A stretch of DNA of 64,000 nt from contig JAYZAY010000030.1 of NCBI GenBank assembly GCA_036339465.1, positions 10,731 through 74,730 on the forward strand. The letters are read 5' to 3'. The position numbers were made by a program, and so were the translations under genes. Below are positions 9,610-20,372 of the stretch, in pieces (position 1 is the stretch's first letter; each line of letters opens with the position of its first letter). This DNA comes from Myxococcota bacterium. Lineage in GTDB: Bacteria > Myxococcota > XYA12-FULL-58-9 > JABJBS01. The notes below the pieces were generated by a model, which was not told the origin of the DNA, searched no databases, and saw only the letters and a list, made by a program, of their open reading frames with translations.

Positions 9610-11004
9610 TCACATGTGAATGGGACTACCCATCGCTGCATGCGCCGCCTCCAGAAGCGCTTCGGGAAGCGTTGGGTGGGCATGGATGGTGTGGGCCAGT
9701 TCCTCAGTGGTGCATTCTAGTTGTAACGCGACCGTCGCCTCGGAAATCAGATCCGTAGCCCGTGGTCCAATAATATGTATTCCAAGAATCTCGTCGTATT
9801 TGGCGTCCGAGACGATCTTCACGAATCCCTCGGTATGGCCCATGATTCTTGCTTTACCTATCGCAGAAAAAGGAAATTTACCGACCCGGAGATTATAGCC
9901 CATTTTTTTGGCCGCGTTTTCAGTCAGGCCCACACTTGCGACCTCTGGCTCGGTATAAGTACAGTTAGGGTTCTTGAGGTAATCGATAGGTTTTACCGCT
10001 TTACCCTTGATGTGGTCGACGGCCAGTATCGCTTCTGCGCTCGCCGTGTGCGCTAGTTGAGGCGTCCTAACGATGTCTCCAATAGCGTAGATACCGGGAA
10101 CGTTTGTCTGCATAAGACCGTCAACTTTGACGAACCCGCCATCATCTATTTCCACTCCAGCTGCGTCGAGTCCGATTGACTTCGTGACTGGGGCCCTGCC
10201 CACGGCCACAAGAATAATTGAGGCTTCTAGTGTTTTTTTACCTTGTCCCATTTCGACTTCCGCCACGACCATCTCGTTTTTGACGGTTGCGGACGTAAGC
10301 TTTGCGCCTGTTATGACCTCTATGCCTCTCTTTTTATAGCATTTGGCCATTTCTGCACTAACTTCTTCATCTTCGATGGGAAGTACTCTATCCATCATTT
10401 CGACGACTGTGCACTTCGTCCCGAAGCGATGGTAAACGGAAGCGAATTCCATTCCCACGGCTCCAGCTCCCAAGATGATCATGGATTCGGGCGGTATTTT
10501 CAATTCAAGGACTTCGTCGGACGTTAGAAAATTCTTACCATCGATCTTCAAGAATGGGACCTGCCGAGGCACGCTACCGGTAGCCAATACAATATTTTCT
10601 GACTGTAGTTCCTCGGTGCCCTCGAGCCCTTTAACACTCACGATATTGCTAGATTTGAGGCTTCCGATTCCATGAAAGACATCAATCTTATTTTTTTTCA
10701 TTAAATAAGAGACACCTGCAGCACTCTTACTGACTATCTGTCGCCTGGATTTTTGCACCGCAGCGAAATTAAATTCGAAACTCCCCTTAATTAAGCCGTT
10801 CTTAAGAGCGTTCTTTGTTTCTTCCATGACGTCAGCGGAATGAAGAAGGCTCTTTGTGGGGATACATCCCCGCAGTAAACAAGTTCCTCCTAGTTTTTCG
10901 TCTTTTTCGACAATGGCTGTTTTCAAACCCAAATGTGCTCCGCGGATTGCTGCGACATATCCACCAGGCCCGGCCCCAATTATGATTAGATCATAGTTTT
11001 TCAT
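9610..11004 (-). CDS. lpdA: Dihydrolipoamide dehydrogenase
   Basis: GAGPGGY, GGTCLLRGCIPTK redox disulfide, GAGAVG, HAHPTLPE. Start placed at MKNYDL. Confidence 0.96.
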   Translation of the reverse strand: MKNYDLIIIGAGPGGYVAAIRGAHLGLKTAIVEKDEKLGGTCLLRGCIPTKSLLHSADVMEETKNALKNGLIKGSFEFNFAAVQKSRRQIVSKSAAGVSYLMKKNKIDVFHGIGSLKSSNIVSVKGLEGTEELQSENIVLATGSVPRQVPFLKIDGKNFLTSDEVLELKIPPESMIILGAGAVGMEFASVYHRFGTKCTVVEMMDRVLPIEDEEVSAEMAKCYKKRGIEVITGAKLTSATVKNEMVVAEVEMGQGKKTLEASIILVAVGRAPVTKSIGLDAAGVEIDDGGFVKVDGLMQTNVPGIYAIGDIVRTPQLAHTASAEAILAVDHIKGKAVKPIDYLKNPNCTYTEPEVASVGLTENAAKKMGYNLRVGKFPFSAIGKARIMGHTEGFVKIVSDAKYDEILGIHIIGPRATDLISEATVALQLECTTEELAHTIHAHPTLPEALLEAAHAAMGSPIHM

Positions 11005-11102
11005 TACTTCTGCTATTATATCGTTGCCTAATGTGAGGCAATCTCTTTGGTCAGCCTTTTCTCGGGAATTCACCGGGTAGGGAGGGGGTGAAGTGCTAAT
11101 GT

Positions 11103-12893
11103 TTATTGAAATTGGTAGACTAAGAGTGGGTATCCTTCTGCTAGAAGTTGGAAGTTGATGGCCTTTTGCTCGAGTTGCATCCGCTCGTTGGGAGCGAGAT
11201 TACTTAGGTCGAGCACTTGAGGGAGTCTAAATGATTTTTTTCCGATTTTCAGTTTACCTTTTCCTATGAGTAAACCGGCTTCCTGCCAGGCCGTGTTGGG
11301 TAGTCTAGAAAAGTCATTATGATTTTGGCTACTTTCAGCCATACGGAGGAAGCGTTTTGCTTTTGCCAGCAACTTCTTGTTTTTTTCTTCCGTAAAAATA
11401 TCAACCTTAGTTCGATAGATCTGAGGGTTAAATGGGTTTTGGCGTTCCGCATATGAGAGGTTTTTTAGTGCCTCGGAATTTTTGCCGCGCCGTTTGCTTA
11501 TCCGGGCAGCGAGCATTCGTAAGTCGTAATTTCGAGGGTAATTTAGCAGCCCCGTCGCAATTACCTGCTCTGCAAGCGAAATTCGCTTTTCTCGCAAAAG
11601 GATTCTCCCGTATCTGTAAGCCAAAATGGACGGACGCGATTGGGTTTGGGTCCATGCTTTGCCGTATTCAATCAGAGCGGCTTTATATCGTTTCTGTTCT
11701 TCGAGTAGTGCTCCTAACCGTGTGTATTTTTCGTTTCCACGATGCTTGAGTTCATATTTTTCTTGTTTCTGTGGAGTACGATCTCCATTTTGAAATATAA
11801 CTTTTTCGGGTTGCACACCCGGCGATCGCTGAAAGCTTCGAGTTTTAAGGTATTTTCTCCAGGCCTTCTCCAAGCCGGAAACCTTGAATGTCAACAATTC
11901 TGTTAGAACCCGATTTAGGTCCCCATGCTTACCGACCTCGGTTAACAACTGGGCAATAATTTGGGGGCCGTGAACTTTGTAGAGCCACTCGATCACTGTG
12001 AAGACTTCCGCAAAAGCCAAAGCAGCCGACTCTTGAGAGGGCAGCTTGGCCATGGAAGGGTGCATTGCATCGAAGGAGATTAATTCGTTTTTTTCAACGG
12101 CCGCAGCGAGTAGTTCTTCCGAGTAGGATTGGAGGCCCCGGCCAGGTGCGCCATTCCAAGCCGTTTCGAAAAACTTTGCTATACCTTCGTGAAGCCATAT
12201 GGGAATATTGTTGTGGGACTTTTTGGAAACTAGAAGATGGATGAATTCGTGAACGATGGTATCGGCCCAACCATAGCCCCCCTTGGTTGATAGGGGTGAA
12301 ATGATCATCAAACGGTGATACTTACAAACCGCTATGGTTCCGCTTGCTCTGATTTCCCCGACGCTTAATCCTGTTGCGCGAGCCAATCCTATTGGATTGG
12401 GATAGATATCCACTGCTATTTTAATCTTTTGTTCCGCAGGAAAAACATCGAGCAAGTTTCCCAACCGATGATATGCCTTTTCAAGGACATCGAGGGCCAA
12501 TTCTGCCACAATCTGGTCTTTTCCTATGAAATTAATCCTAAAATGTTTACTCTCGATTACTTGGAAATCTACAGCGTAATAATTTGGGCCAACAATGTTT
12601 GGGAATTCTAGGTGAAGCTCAGAGTCTGGGCTCATTGTCTGTGCGAGATGGAGCAGGCTATAGGCTTCTTGATGAAATCCTTGTGCGCTTTGTACGGCCG
12701 CCGTTGCCACGAGTATATTGGGGGTGATTACTTTTTCGGTCAGAAGCCTGAACGCGAGCTTTTCAGCTTTTTCGAGTTGCCACTGTGAAAGTTCCTTGAA
12801 TACTCCCCCCACTTCGCCGGATCCCGCGAGAATGCTGGAGGGGCTACTCAAGTAAAGAAAAAGACAAATGAAGGAACTCCTAAGTATAATCAT
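11103..12893 (-). CDS. Secreted peptidase MA-like zinc metalloprotease with TPR repeats
   Basis: Signal peptide; HEFIH (HExxH) followed by PIWLHEGIA (third ligand E); TPR-like helices flank the catalytic domain. Confidence 0.8.
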   Translation of the reverse strand: MIILRSSFICLFLYLSSPSSILAGSGEVGGVFKELSQWQLEKAEKLAFRLLTEKVITPNILVATAAVQSAQGFHQEAYSLLHLAQTMSPDSELHLEFPNIVGPNYYAVDFQVIESKHFRINFIGKDQIVAELALDVLEKAYHRLGNLLDVFPAEQKIKIAVDIYPNPIGLARATGLSVGEIRASGTIAVCKYHRLMIISPLSTKGGYGWADTIVHEFIHLLVSKKSHNNIPIWLHEGIAKFFETAWNGAPGRGLQSYSEELLAAAVEKNELISFDAMHPSMAKLPSQESAALAFAEVFTVIEWLYKVHGPQIIAQLLTEVGKHGDLNRVLTELLTFKVSGLEKAWRKYLKTRSFQRSPGVQPEKVIFQNGDRTPQKQEKYELKHRGNEKYTRLGALLEEQKRYKAALIEYGKAWTQTQSRPSILAYRYGRILLREKRISLAEQVIATGLLNYPRNYDLRMLAARISKRRGKNSEALKNLSYAERQNPFNPQIYRTKVDIFTEEKNKKLLAKAKRFLRMAESSQNHNDFSRLPNTAWQEAGLLIGKGKLKIGKKSFRLPQVLDLSNLAPNERMQLEQKAINFQLLAEGYPLLVYQFQ

Positions 12894-15800
12894 TCTACTA
12901 AGTCTCGGTAATATTCTCGAACACTGTCTTCATAGTCTTTAGGCGCCTTTTGCTTTGCTGCTTCCATCAATGCTTTTCTGAAGGCAGCAGTTTCTTGCTC
13001 TTGTATGGCTTTGGGAATTTCCACATCTGTTTTTTCCGAGGGATTGAAGCCTGAAGGTTGTCTACCGAAACTCGGGTTGTTCATAGCAAAGGGCATGGGC
13101 ATACCTTGCCCAGGTGTCTGAGAAAGTTTTTGTTGCAAGTTTTGTAGATGCTCAAGAGCTTGTCTTTGTTGGCGGTTTGCTTTCGCGAGATTCTTTTGTT
13201 CAAGAAACATATTGGCCTGGTTCATGGCTCTTTGAGCTTGTTCTAAGTTTCGCCTTTGCTCGTCGTTCATGATGGGTGCCTCTTGGTCGATTTGTCTCAA
13301 AGCTTGTCTTAGTTTTTGTAAATCAATCCCAAGTGATTTCTGATGATCCGCCGATTGACCAATTCTCTCGTTGGTTTTTGGGGGTAATAATTTTGAGGGG
13401 GGGGCAAAGAGCTCCTCTAACAATTGTATGAACTCTTTGAGCTTTTCATTCGCCTTCTTGATTACTTTTCCGAAGAGTTTTTGGTCCCGACTCGCCGGGA
13501 TTTTTTGAATGTGTCGCAAAATCTGTGGGAAAATCCCTTTAGCGTTTTGGGCAAGCTCAAGAGCATCGGAGTAATTGGTGGATTCCACTAGGAGTCGAAT
13601 ATCGACAGTGTATTGCCTTAACTTAAAAAGCTGCTCCAAAAGAGTTTGATTCATCCCGGGGATGGCACTGCTTTTTTCTACTTTTCTAAGTACCTCTTCT
13701 ATTAAATGCATTAATTTTTCTTTGAGCCCTTTTTCTGAACCGCCGGATTTTTCGAGCGCTGTTTTTCTGTACTCCTGGAGCAATTTTTTCGTGTTTTCTG
13801 AAATATTTTGCTGCTTCGTCTTAATATCGTTTAGATCTCGTCCTAAAGTATCTAAGGCTTGATTTAGGGCAGTATATCGCTCTGATGTCGGTTCTTCATG
13901 CATTTTTATAACCGCTTCAACCATCGATTCTAACGATTTTTCAATTTCTTCTAAGTGTTGCTTGGCGTCCTCAAACCTGCCTTCTTGCAAGGCTTTTTGA
14001 AAATCCTTGAAATGATTCGCCATCTCGTTGAGTTTCATGGCTTCTCGGTTTCTGTATTCGGTAGGTAGACTTTTCTGCAGTTCACCCATTCTCTTGAATA
14101 ATTCGACGATAGATTCTTGGATTTCATCCATTCGTTTTTCGAGTAGTTCTTTCGTGCGAGGATCCTTAGAGTTCGTGAATGACTCTAATAATGCTCTCAT
14201 ATCGTTTTGTCGCTGGAGCATACTTGTTGCTTGTTCTTTTAAGCGAGCTACCCGTTCGGTATTCAATAAATCTTCAAGATAGATGAGGTTGGTTTCGAGC
14301 TTAGAAATAGAGAAAATTTGTTGGTCACGTACTAAGTTCTCAAGCCCTCTGCCTTGATTGATATGGTAGTTCTTAAGGACTTTCTTGCGGGCGTTTTCGA
14401 TTCGCTTGAGGTTTTTCTGCGCATTGAAAAAAGCCTGGAGGGTCTGCGTTAACTCAGAGTCGATCAATTCTACGTTTTCAAGGAGTAAAGAGATATTTTC
14501 GTCGAGGCCTTTGAGTTTCTTTAATATCTGCTCTTGCTGATTGAGAATTTGTCGAATTTCATCCTGAGATAAGGTGGAATGAGATACCAGCTCGTCAGCA
14601 AGGAGTTCGACAATTTGGGTGACGAGCTGCCGTTGAGTTTGATGTATTTCGTCCTTTGTTTTATTGGGGTCAAATATCGTTATTTGGCGATGCATCGTTT
14701 GGGCTGATTTTGGGCCGCTGACCCGATCATTATCCAGCGCTTCGATATAAATAGAGACTGATTGCCCTGCGGTTAGCTCATATTCAATGGGGTTGAAATG
14801 GTAACGTCCGTTGAGTTCCTTTCGCGTTCGCCCACTTGTTAGTGGGACAGTTCTAAGTGGTTTATTTGGATTTTGAAGCTGAAAGAAAACATTTGATAGC
14901 CCAAAATCGTCCGATGTTTTCCATTCGATCCATAGCCCTTTTGGATCTCTCAATTCCACATCCGAGGTTGGGAAAGTCATTTTGATTTGAGGGGGCCGGT
15001 CCTCTTCGAGTCGAATGTTGTAGCGAGTCGAATCTTCGATGATTGTTCCGTCTAGCTTGTTGATAACGAACCGGTAGGTGCCAGCAGTTTTTACTTGGAA
15101 TCTTCCGGAAAGGTTCCGTCTTTTATGGACGGTTAATTTGATGATGTTCTTTTCGACCTGCCCTTCAGGCTGAACTTCAATCTGTGCATTCGCCATTGGA
15201 ACCATGGTGGTTGCTTTTAGTTCGACCATGGTTCCTCGAAGGGCAAAAATATTGCCGTCTGAGCTTTCAAGTCGCACCATCTTTTTCTGGGTGTACTGTG
15301 GGTAATTCAAGAGTATGGAGAGATCACTGATGAGGGGGCTGCGGCTAATCTGACGGGAACTCCCTGATAGAATATCTCCAGCAGAATCTCTGAGGTATTC
15401 CCCGTATTGTGTTGTGAAGCCGAGGCCAAGGGTCAAAGCGAGAAGGTTCCATGGGCGTTTAAATCGTGGAAAGGAGTTTACGTACTCTCGAAACCGGGTG
15501 TGCCAGTTCTGTTGCGCGATCCATTCGCAGGTGAGCTCAATGTGTCGCACCATGAGCTCCCTCGAACCCAGGCTTTCACCGATTGGAGTAAGGATATTTT
15601 CGGAGAATTCAATGGCCGAATAGAGTCTGGACTGAAAGGGATGGGCAGCGTTTGTAATGTTTCTTAGGAAAGACTTCCTATTGAATGTGTGCTTGAAAAC
15701 CCAAAGGATAATGCCAAAGAAGAGGAGGGTTCCAAGAGCCAGGAGGATTTGAGCCGATTGTGGGTACCCATTTTCACCTAGAAAACCGCATAACCCGAGC

Positions 15801-15928
15801 GATAACAAAAAAACAGGTGCGATATTTACAGTTGCAAATCGGATTAATTCAAGGAACCAGAGGCTGCGGAGAGCACTCAGAGAAGATTCTAGGCGAGAAC
15901 TTATGATTTCAAGACGTCCTTGGGGCAA
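12890..15928 (-). CDS. Large membrane-anchored coiled-coil protein (DUF4175-like)
   Basis: N-terminal TM helices, Ig-like middle region (YPQYT, DRPPQI, SDDFGL, DNDRVSGP), long Q/E/K coiled coil, end PKDYEDSVREYYRDL; overlaps the next gene by 4 nt. Confidence 0.75.
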   Translation of the reverse strand: MPQGRLEIISSRLESSLSALRSLWFLELIRFATVNIAPVFLLSLGLCGFLGENGYPQSAQILLALGTLLFFGIILWVFKHTFNRKSFLRNITNAAHPFQSRLYSAIEFSENILTPIGESLGSRELMVRHIELTCEWIAQQNWHTRFREYVNSFPRFKRPWNLLALTLGLGFTTQYGEYLRDSAGDILSGSSRQISRSPLISDLSILLNYPQYTQKKMVRLESSDGNIFALRGTMVELKATTMVPMANAQIEVQPEGQVEKNIIKLTVHKRRNLSGRFQVKTAGTYRFVINKLDGTIIEDSTRYNIRLEEDRPPQIKMTFPTSDVELRDPKGLWIEWKTSDDFGLSNVFFQLQNPNKPLRTVPLTSGRTRKELNGRYHFNPIEYELTAGQSVSIYIEALDNDRVSGPKSAQTMHRQITIFDPNKTKDEIHQTQRQLVTQIVELLADELVSHSTLSQDEIRQILNQQEQILKKLKGLDENISLLLENVELIDSELTQTLQAFFNAQKNLKRIENARKKVLKNYHINQGRGLENLVRDQQIFSISKLETNLIYLEDLLNTERVARLKEQATSMLQRQNDMRALLESFTNSKDPRTKELLEKRMDEIQESIVELFKRMGELQKSLPTEYRNREAMKLNEMANHFKDFQKALQEGRFEDAKQHLEEIEKSLESMVEAVIKMHEEPTSERYTALNQALDTLGRDLNDIKTKQQNISENTKKLLQEYRKTALEKSGGSEKGLKEKLMHLIEEVLRKVEKSSAIPGMNQTLLEQLFKLRQYTVDIRLLVESTNYSDALELAQNAKGIFPQILRHIQKIPASRDQKLFGKVIKKANEKLKEFIQLLEELFAPPSKLLPPKTNERIGQSADHQKSLGIDLQKLRQALRQIDQEAPIMNDEQRRNLEQAQRAMNQANMFLEQKNLAKANRQQRQALEHLQNLQQKLSQTPGQGMPMPFAMNNPSFGRQPSGFNPSEKTDVEIPKAIQEQETAAFRKALMEAAKQKAPKDYEDSVREYYRDLVE

Positions 15929-16056
15929 TTTTCCTTTCCTTTCTTTATGGCGGATATCAAAAGTTTTCCGAAGTTCCGAGAAAATCGGTCGATTTTCACT
16001 TTTAATTCATTTTTAGGAAAATTCCACAGTACTTTATGACAACTCGAAAATAGGGC

Positions 16057-18930
16057 ATGGTGCCTCTTCTGCGACACCCAATGGAAATCATATACGAGGC
16101 AAAATCGATTATGGAATTCGATGAACTGAAACGGGATATTTTCAAGGCTCTGGAGCGTGCTCAAGGCAATAGAAAGAACTTAGATGAATCTCTAACGGAA
16201 TTTTTAGGGACTCTTAAAACTCTCCTCTCTGTTGAAATTATTTTGGCTTACGTTGTGCCACCAGGGATTCGGGAGCTGCAACGTGCTCGGGTTGTGGCAG
16301 TGGCGGGTGCAAGTTTAAAGAGAGAGGAATACTCCTTTTTGCCCCCTGCATTGGCCGAAGCTCTCATGCAAAGTGCAGATACGCCCGTCCATATTGATGA
16401 GACAGGTCTTTCTATGAAGGATATCCTTCCGGTATTGGCCAACAGAGTATTCAAGGGCGTGGCTGTTACGATGCAAGTGGGTAAATGGGTAAATGGCGCC
16501 CTTTTCATCGCTGGGGATAATCTCGAACTCTCCGACTCTCTAAATGAGGTTCTAAGATCTGTTGCCAGGCGTCTCGCGGTAGCGATCAATCACCGAACAG
16601 CTTACGAGCTTTTGGCGACAAGTCGCCTGATTACTGCGGTTGAATATGCGGGCGAAGCAATTCAAATTACGGATGCAGACGGGTTTATCGAATATATCAA
16701 TCCTGCGTTTGAAACCATTACGGGGTTCACGGCTCTTGATGTCATTGGTCATCGCTATACCGAGTTTGTTCGCATGGAGGGTGAGGACAAGCTCACTTTC
16801 GCCGATTTGAGAGCGGCGCTTGAATTTAACAAGGTTTGGAGAGGGAAATTGGTTGGGTTTCGTAAGGGCGGTGCTCTCTGGTATCAGGGAGCCACGGTCT
16901 GCCCCGTTCTGAATGAAGCCCATGACGCGACACACTTCGTATTTATCTTGAGGAATATTTCGTCTCGAATTGAAGCCGAACAAGCCGTTCGACATCGTGA
17001 GCGAAGCCTATCTGCCACTTTCAACGCCCTAGGGGCAGCCGTCGTGGTAACGGACCGGGTGGGCAATATTCGAAGAATGAATCCCGCAGCGGAGGTTTTG
17101 ACGGAATGGAATTCTACACAAGCTGTGGGGAGACCTATTTCGAGGATTCTCGAAATGATAGAGGCCGATAGCCGTAAATCGATAGCGATCGAATGGGAGA
17201 TGCTATTCAAGGAAGTACAGGAAATCGAATTTGATGTTAGTGGCGTACTGGTCGGGAAAGAGGGTGGGGAAACGCCTCTTTTTATACATACGTCTCCGAT
17301 TTTGGACGCGGATGAGGGCCTATTGGGGATCGTCTTTATTGGTTATGATCTATCGAAGCAGCAGGCTACGATGCAGGTCTTGCAGGATTCAGAGAAGAAC
17401 TTTGCGGAGGTTATTGAGCGAAACCCAGATGGCGTTGTGATCACCAAAAATGGGATGATTACCTTCGCCAACAGAGCTTTTGCGCGTACTTTAGGCTACG
17501 AGGTTGCGCAGCTGGTGGGACAGACTCTAGAGCAATATGTCCTAGAAGAGGATATGGCACGCTTCGTTCAGTGGTTCTCAGACGATTCCGAAACCCTGTA
17601 CGAGATTCGGTTCATCGGATTTGATGGAGCACGTGTTAATTTTGAATGTTCGCAACCTCGAGAGGTTAATTTTCGAGGCCAGACCTCGATGATACACATG
17701 TTTCGAGATGTTACGGCTAGAAGAGAGATGGAAAATCAATTGATGCTGGCAGATCGAATGGTTTCGGTTGGAACCATGGCGGCAGGGGTTGCCCATGAAG
17801 TAAATAATCCTTTGGCATATCTCGCAGCGAATCTAAAATTTCTGGACGAATATATGCCACTTATCAAGCAAAAGCTTTCAGGGGAGGCCTATTCGAGCAT
17901 TGCTCAAGCCTTGGCGGAAGCTCAGGATGGTGCAGAACGCGTCGAGGGCATTGTGAGAGACCTGAAGCTATTTGCACGTGGGCACCAGGATGAATTCGAA
18001 GTTATTGATCTACAGCGCTGTATCGAAGCCGCGATCAAGATGGCTTGGAATGAAGTGCGACACCGCGGACGTTTGGTGAAGCAGTTTGGCGCACCGGTCA
18101 AAGTTCGGGGCAATCATGGTAAACTGGTGCAAGTTTTTCTTAATTTGATATTGAATGCGGCCCATGCTCTGCCCACAGGTGAGGCGAGAGCAAACCTTAT
18201 TAAGATTAGTTTAGTGCGTAAGGAATCGGGGATGGTCTCAATCGATGTATTCGACACGGGTTGCGGTATCCCTCAATCCAAGCTCGATCGGATCTTCGAC
18301 CCCTTTTATACCACCAAGGAGATCGGAAAGGGCACAGGACTTGGGTTGTCCATTTGTCACAATATCCTGAGTAGCATGGGAGGAACGATTTCAGCCGAAA
18401 GCTTGGAGCGACAGTGGACAAAAATCCACATCGAACTGCCCTTGGTGTTGTCGATAGTAGACGACGGTAGTACTGCGCACTTAATTATGCTTCCTAATTC
18501 AGAGGCCTTGCCCGAGGAAGCCGAAGACCAATCAAAGTTAAGAATCTTGATTGTGGATGATGAGCCAGTGGTAGCGAAGGCCCTAAAGCGCGCCCTTAGA
18601 AAACACGATGTGGAAGTGGTTGGGTCTGGGAAGCAAGCCATCGAAAAGTGGTTTGAGAATGAATATGATATTATGTTTTGTGATGTTATGATGCCAGGTC
18701 TTATGGGCTATGACGTTTATCAGGCGATAAAGGACAAGCTTCCTGGAGATGAAAGTCGTTTGCTCTTTATGACAGGAGGGGCTTTTACGCAGGAGTCAGA
18801 AAAGTTTCTTGGGTCTTTGGACGAGCACCAGATTATTCAGAAGCCCTTTGATTTTGGTCTAATTGAGAACTATTTGGCGCAAATTCAAGTAAGCCGCTTA
18901 AAGAAAGATGCGGTAAAAGATTCGCATTAG
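16057..18930 (+). CDS. Cytoplasmic hybrid sensor histidine kinase (GAF-like, 3x PAS, HisKA, HATPase, REC)
   Basis: YINPAFE/MNPAAE/FANRAF PAS starts, AHEVNNP H-box, DTGCG, FYTTKEIGKGTGLGL, C-terminal IVDDE..CDVMMP..KPF. Confidence 0.93.
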   Translation: MVPLLRHPMEIIYEAKSIMEFDELKRDIFKALERAQGNRKNLDESLTEFLGTLKTLLSVEIILAYVVPPGIRELQRARVVAVAGASLKREEYSFLPPALAEALMQSADTPVHIDETGLSMKDILPVLANRVFKGVAVTMQVGKWVNGALFIAGDNLELSDSLNEVLRSVARRLAVAINHRTAYELLATSRLITAVEYAGEAIQITDADGFIEYINPAFETITGFTALDVIGHRYTEFVRMEGEDKLTFADLRAALEFNKVWRGKLVGFRKGGALWYQGATVCPVLNEAHDATHFVFILRNISSRIEAEQAVRHRERSLSATFNALGAAVVVTDRVGNIRRMNPAAEVLTEWNSTQAVGRPISRILEMIEADSRKSIAIEWEMLFKEVQEIEFDVSGVLVGKEGGETPLFIHTSPILDADEGLLGIVFIGYDLSKQQATMQVLQDSEKNFAEVIERNPDGVVITKNGMITFANRAFARTLGYEVAQLVGQTLEQYVLEEDMARFVQWFSDDSETLYEIRFIGFDGARVNFECSQPREVNFRGQTSMIHMFRDVTARREMENQLMLADRMVSVGTMAAGVAHEVNNPLAYLAANLKFLDEYMPLIKQKLSGEAYSSIAQALAEAQDGAERVEGIVRDLKLFARGHQDEFEVIDLQRCIEAAIKMAWNEVRHRGRLVKQFGAPVKVRGNHGKLVQVFLNLILNAAHALPTGEARANLIKISLVRKESGMVSIDVFDTGCGIPQSKLDRIFDPFYTTKEIGKGTGLGLSICHNILSSMGGTISAESLERQWTKIHIELPLVLSIVDDGSTAHLIMLPNSEALPEEAEDQSKLRILIVDDEPVVAKALKRALRKHDVEVVGSGKQAIEKWFENEYDIMFCDVMMPGLMGYDVYQAIKDKLPGDESRLLFMTGGAFTQESEKFLGSLDEHQIIQKPFDFGLIENYLAQIQVSRLKKDAVKDSH

Positions 18931-18983
18931 CCTACTGTATTGATCCATAGGATGAATGCAGGTTGCTGGAAGTGAGGTTCGAC

Positions 18984-20324
18984 ATGGTCCGTTTTCTTGG
19001 GATATTTTTTATTGCAATGCCGTTGGTTTTGACGAGTTTTTCTCGGAAAAGTAATGCCGCTGAAACGACAAAAACGATGGTTTTAGTTCTTGTGGACGCT
19101 TTGCGCCCAGATCACTTAGGGAGCTACGGTTACTCGAAGGCGACATCACCTAATATCGATAGATTGGCGAGGGAAGGAAGCCGGTATACTCGGGTTTATG
19201 CCAATGCACCGTGGACTCGGCCTTCCACGGCCAGTTTCTTGACCGGCCTCAATGCATCTCGACATCGTGCAGAGAGCGCAAAATCAAAATTACCTAAGAA
19301 CGTTACAACCTTAGCCGAACGATTGAGAAAAAGAGGTTGGGTGACGGCAGGGTTTGTCGCAAATGGGAATGGTGGTTCCTTGGCGGGCCTGGAAAAGGGG
19401 TTCCATCTTTTTCGGGACCCAACAAACTATTATACGAAGTCGAAAAGAGGCAAGACATACAATGGCTTGCCAAGGGGAGAGCTGATTGTTGAGGACTCTC
19501 TTAAGTGGCTCAAGCGTCAAAAAAACAAGAACGTCTTTCTCTTTCTCTTTTTAGTTGATCCCCACGACCCATATCGGGCGCCGCGCCGCCTTGAAAAGGA
19601 GTTTCTTCCGAAAGGGTACAAAGGCAAGGTTCGCAGAACGGCTTTGTGGGAGTATAACAATGACTATTCTCCCCAAGAGCGGGAGGCGATGATTTCCGTA
19701 TACGATGCTTCAATTCGGTATGCCGATGAGGCTCTAGGGAAATTCTTCGATGGCCTTAAGACACAGGGGCGCTATGACGATTCGACAATCATGGTCTCGG
19801 CGGACCATGGAGAAGGTTTTGGGGAACACAACTTCTATCTTCATGCTCACCATTTCTGGGATGAAGTTGTAAGAATTCCCCTTGTTATTAAGGGGCCTCA
19901 ATTTAAGGCGGGAACAGTAAACAACATGCTTTGTGACTCCATCGATGTGACCCGAACGTTAGCCCAGCTTGGTGAAGCTGTTCATGCTGATCTACCGGGC
20001 AACAGCCTTTTAGGAGTTCATGCTCCCGGTAAGGTGGTGATTTCGGAATACAACGAGTTTGGTATCCGCCGTCAGGCGGCAGTCAATGATTCTTACAAGG
20101 TGATCTGGCAAAAACCGGTGGACCAGAAACGCTTCTTGGAGGCGGTGAAACGGCCAGAATATTTTCCCTCGGTTTCTATGGATAAAGAAGTCGTTCGGAT
20201 CTTCAATCTCAAGTCAGATCCGATGGAAAAAAACGATTTGTTGTCCGGTGCCCCAAAAGAAGCTCTGAAGTTATTAGATACATTAAGAGCTTTTGTAAAT
20301 CGCAGCCGGGAGCAGGGAAGTTAA
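18984..20324 (+). CDS. Secreted sulfatase-like hydrolase/transferase (alkaline phosphatase superfamily)
   Basis: VDALRPDHL, APWTRPSTAS, DPHDPY, SADHGEGFGEH; signal peptide; GAGG upstream of ATG 18984. Confidence 0.88.
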   Translation: MVRFLGIFFIAMPLVLTSFSRKSNAAETTKTMVLVLVDALRPDHLGSYGYSKATSPNIDRLAREGSRYTRVYANAPWTRPSTASFLTGLNASRHRAESAKSKLPKNVTTLAERLRKRGWVTAGFVANGNGGSLAGLEKGFHLFRDPTNYYTKSKRGKTYNGLPRGELIVEDSLKWLKRQKNKNVFLFLFLVDPHDPYRAPRRLEKEFLPKGYKGKVRRTALWEYNNDYSPQEREAMISVYDASIRYADEALGKFFDGLKTQGRYDDSTIMVSADHGEGFGEHNFYLHAHHFWDEVVRIPLVIKGPQFKAGTVNNMLCDSIDVTRTLAQLGEAVHADLPGNSLLGVHAPGKVVISEYNEFGIRRQAAVNDSYKVIWQKPVDQKRFLEAVKRPEYFPSVSMDKEVVRIFNLKSDPMEKNDLLSGAPKEALKLLDTLRAFVNRSREQGS

Positions 20325-20372
20325 TTCGAGCAATTGCTGTTCTCCCATGGGGATGTTAATTGCCTCCACGCA

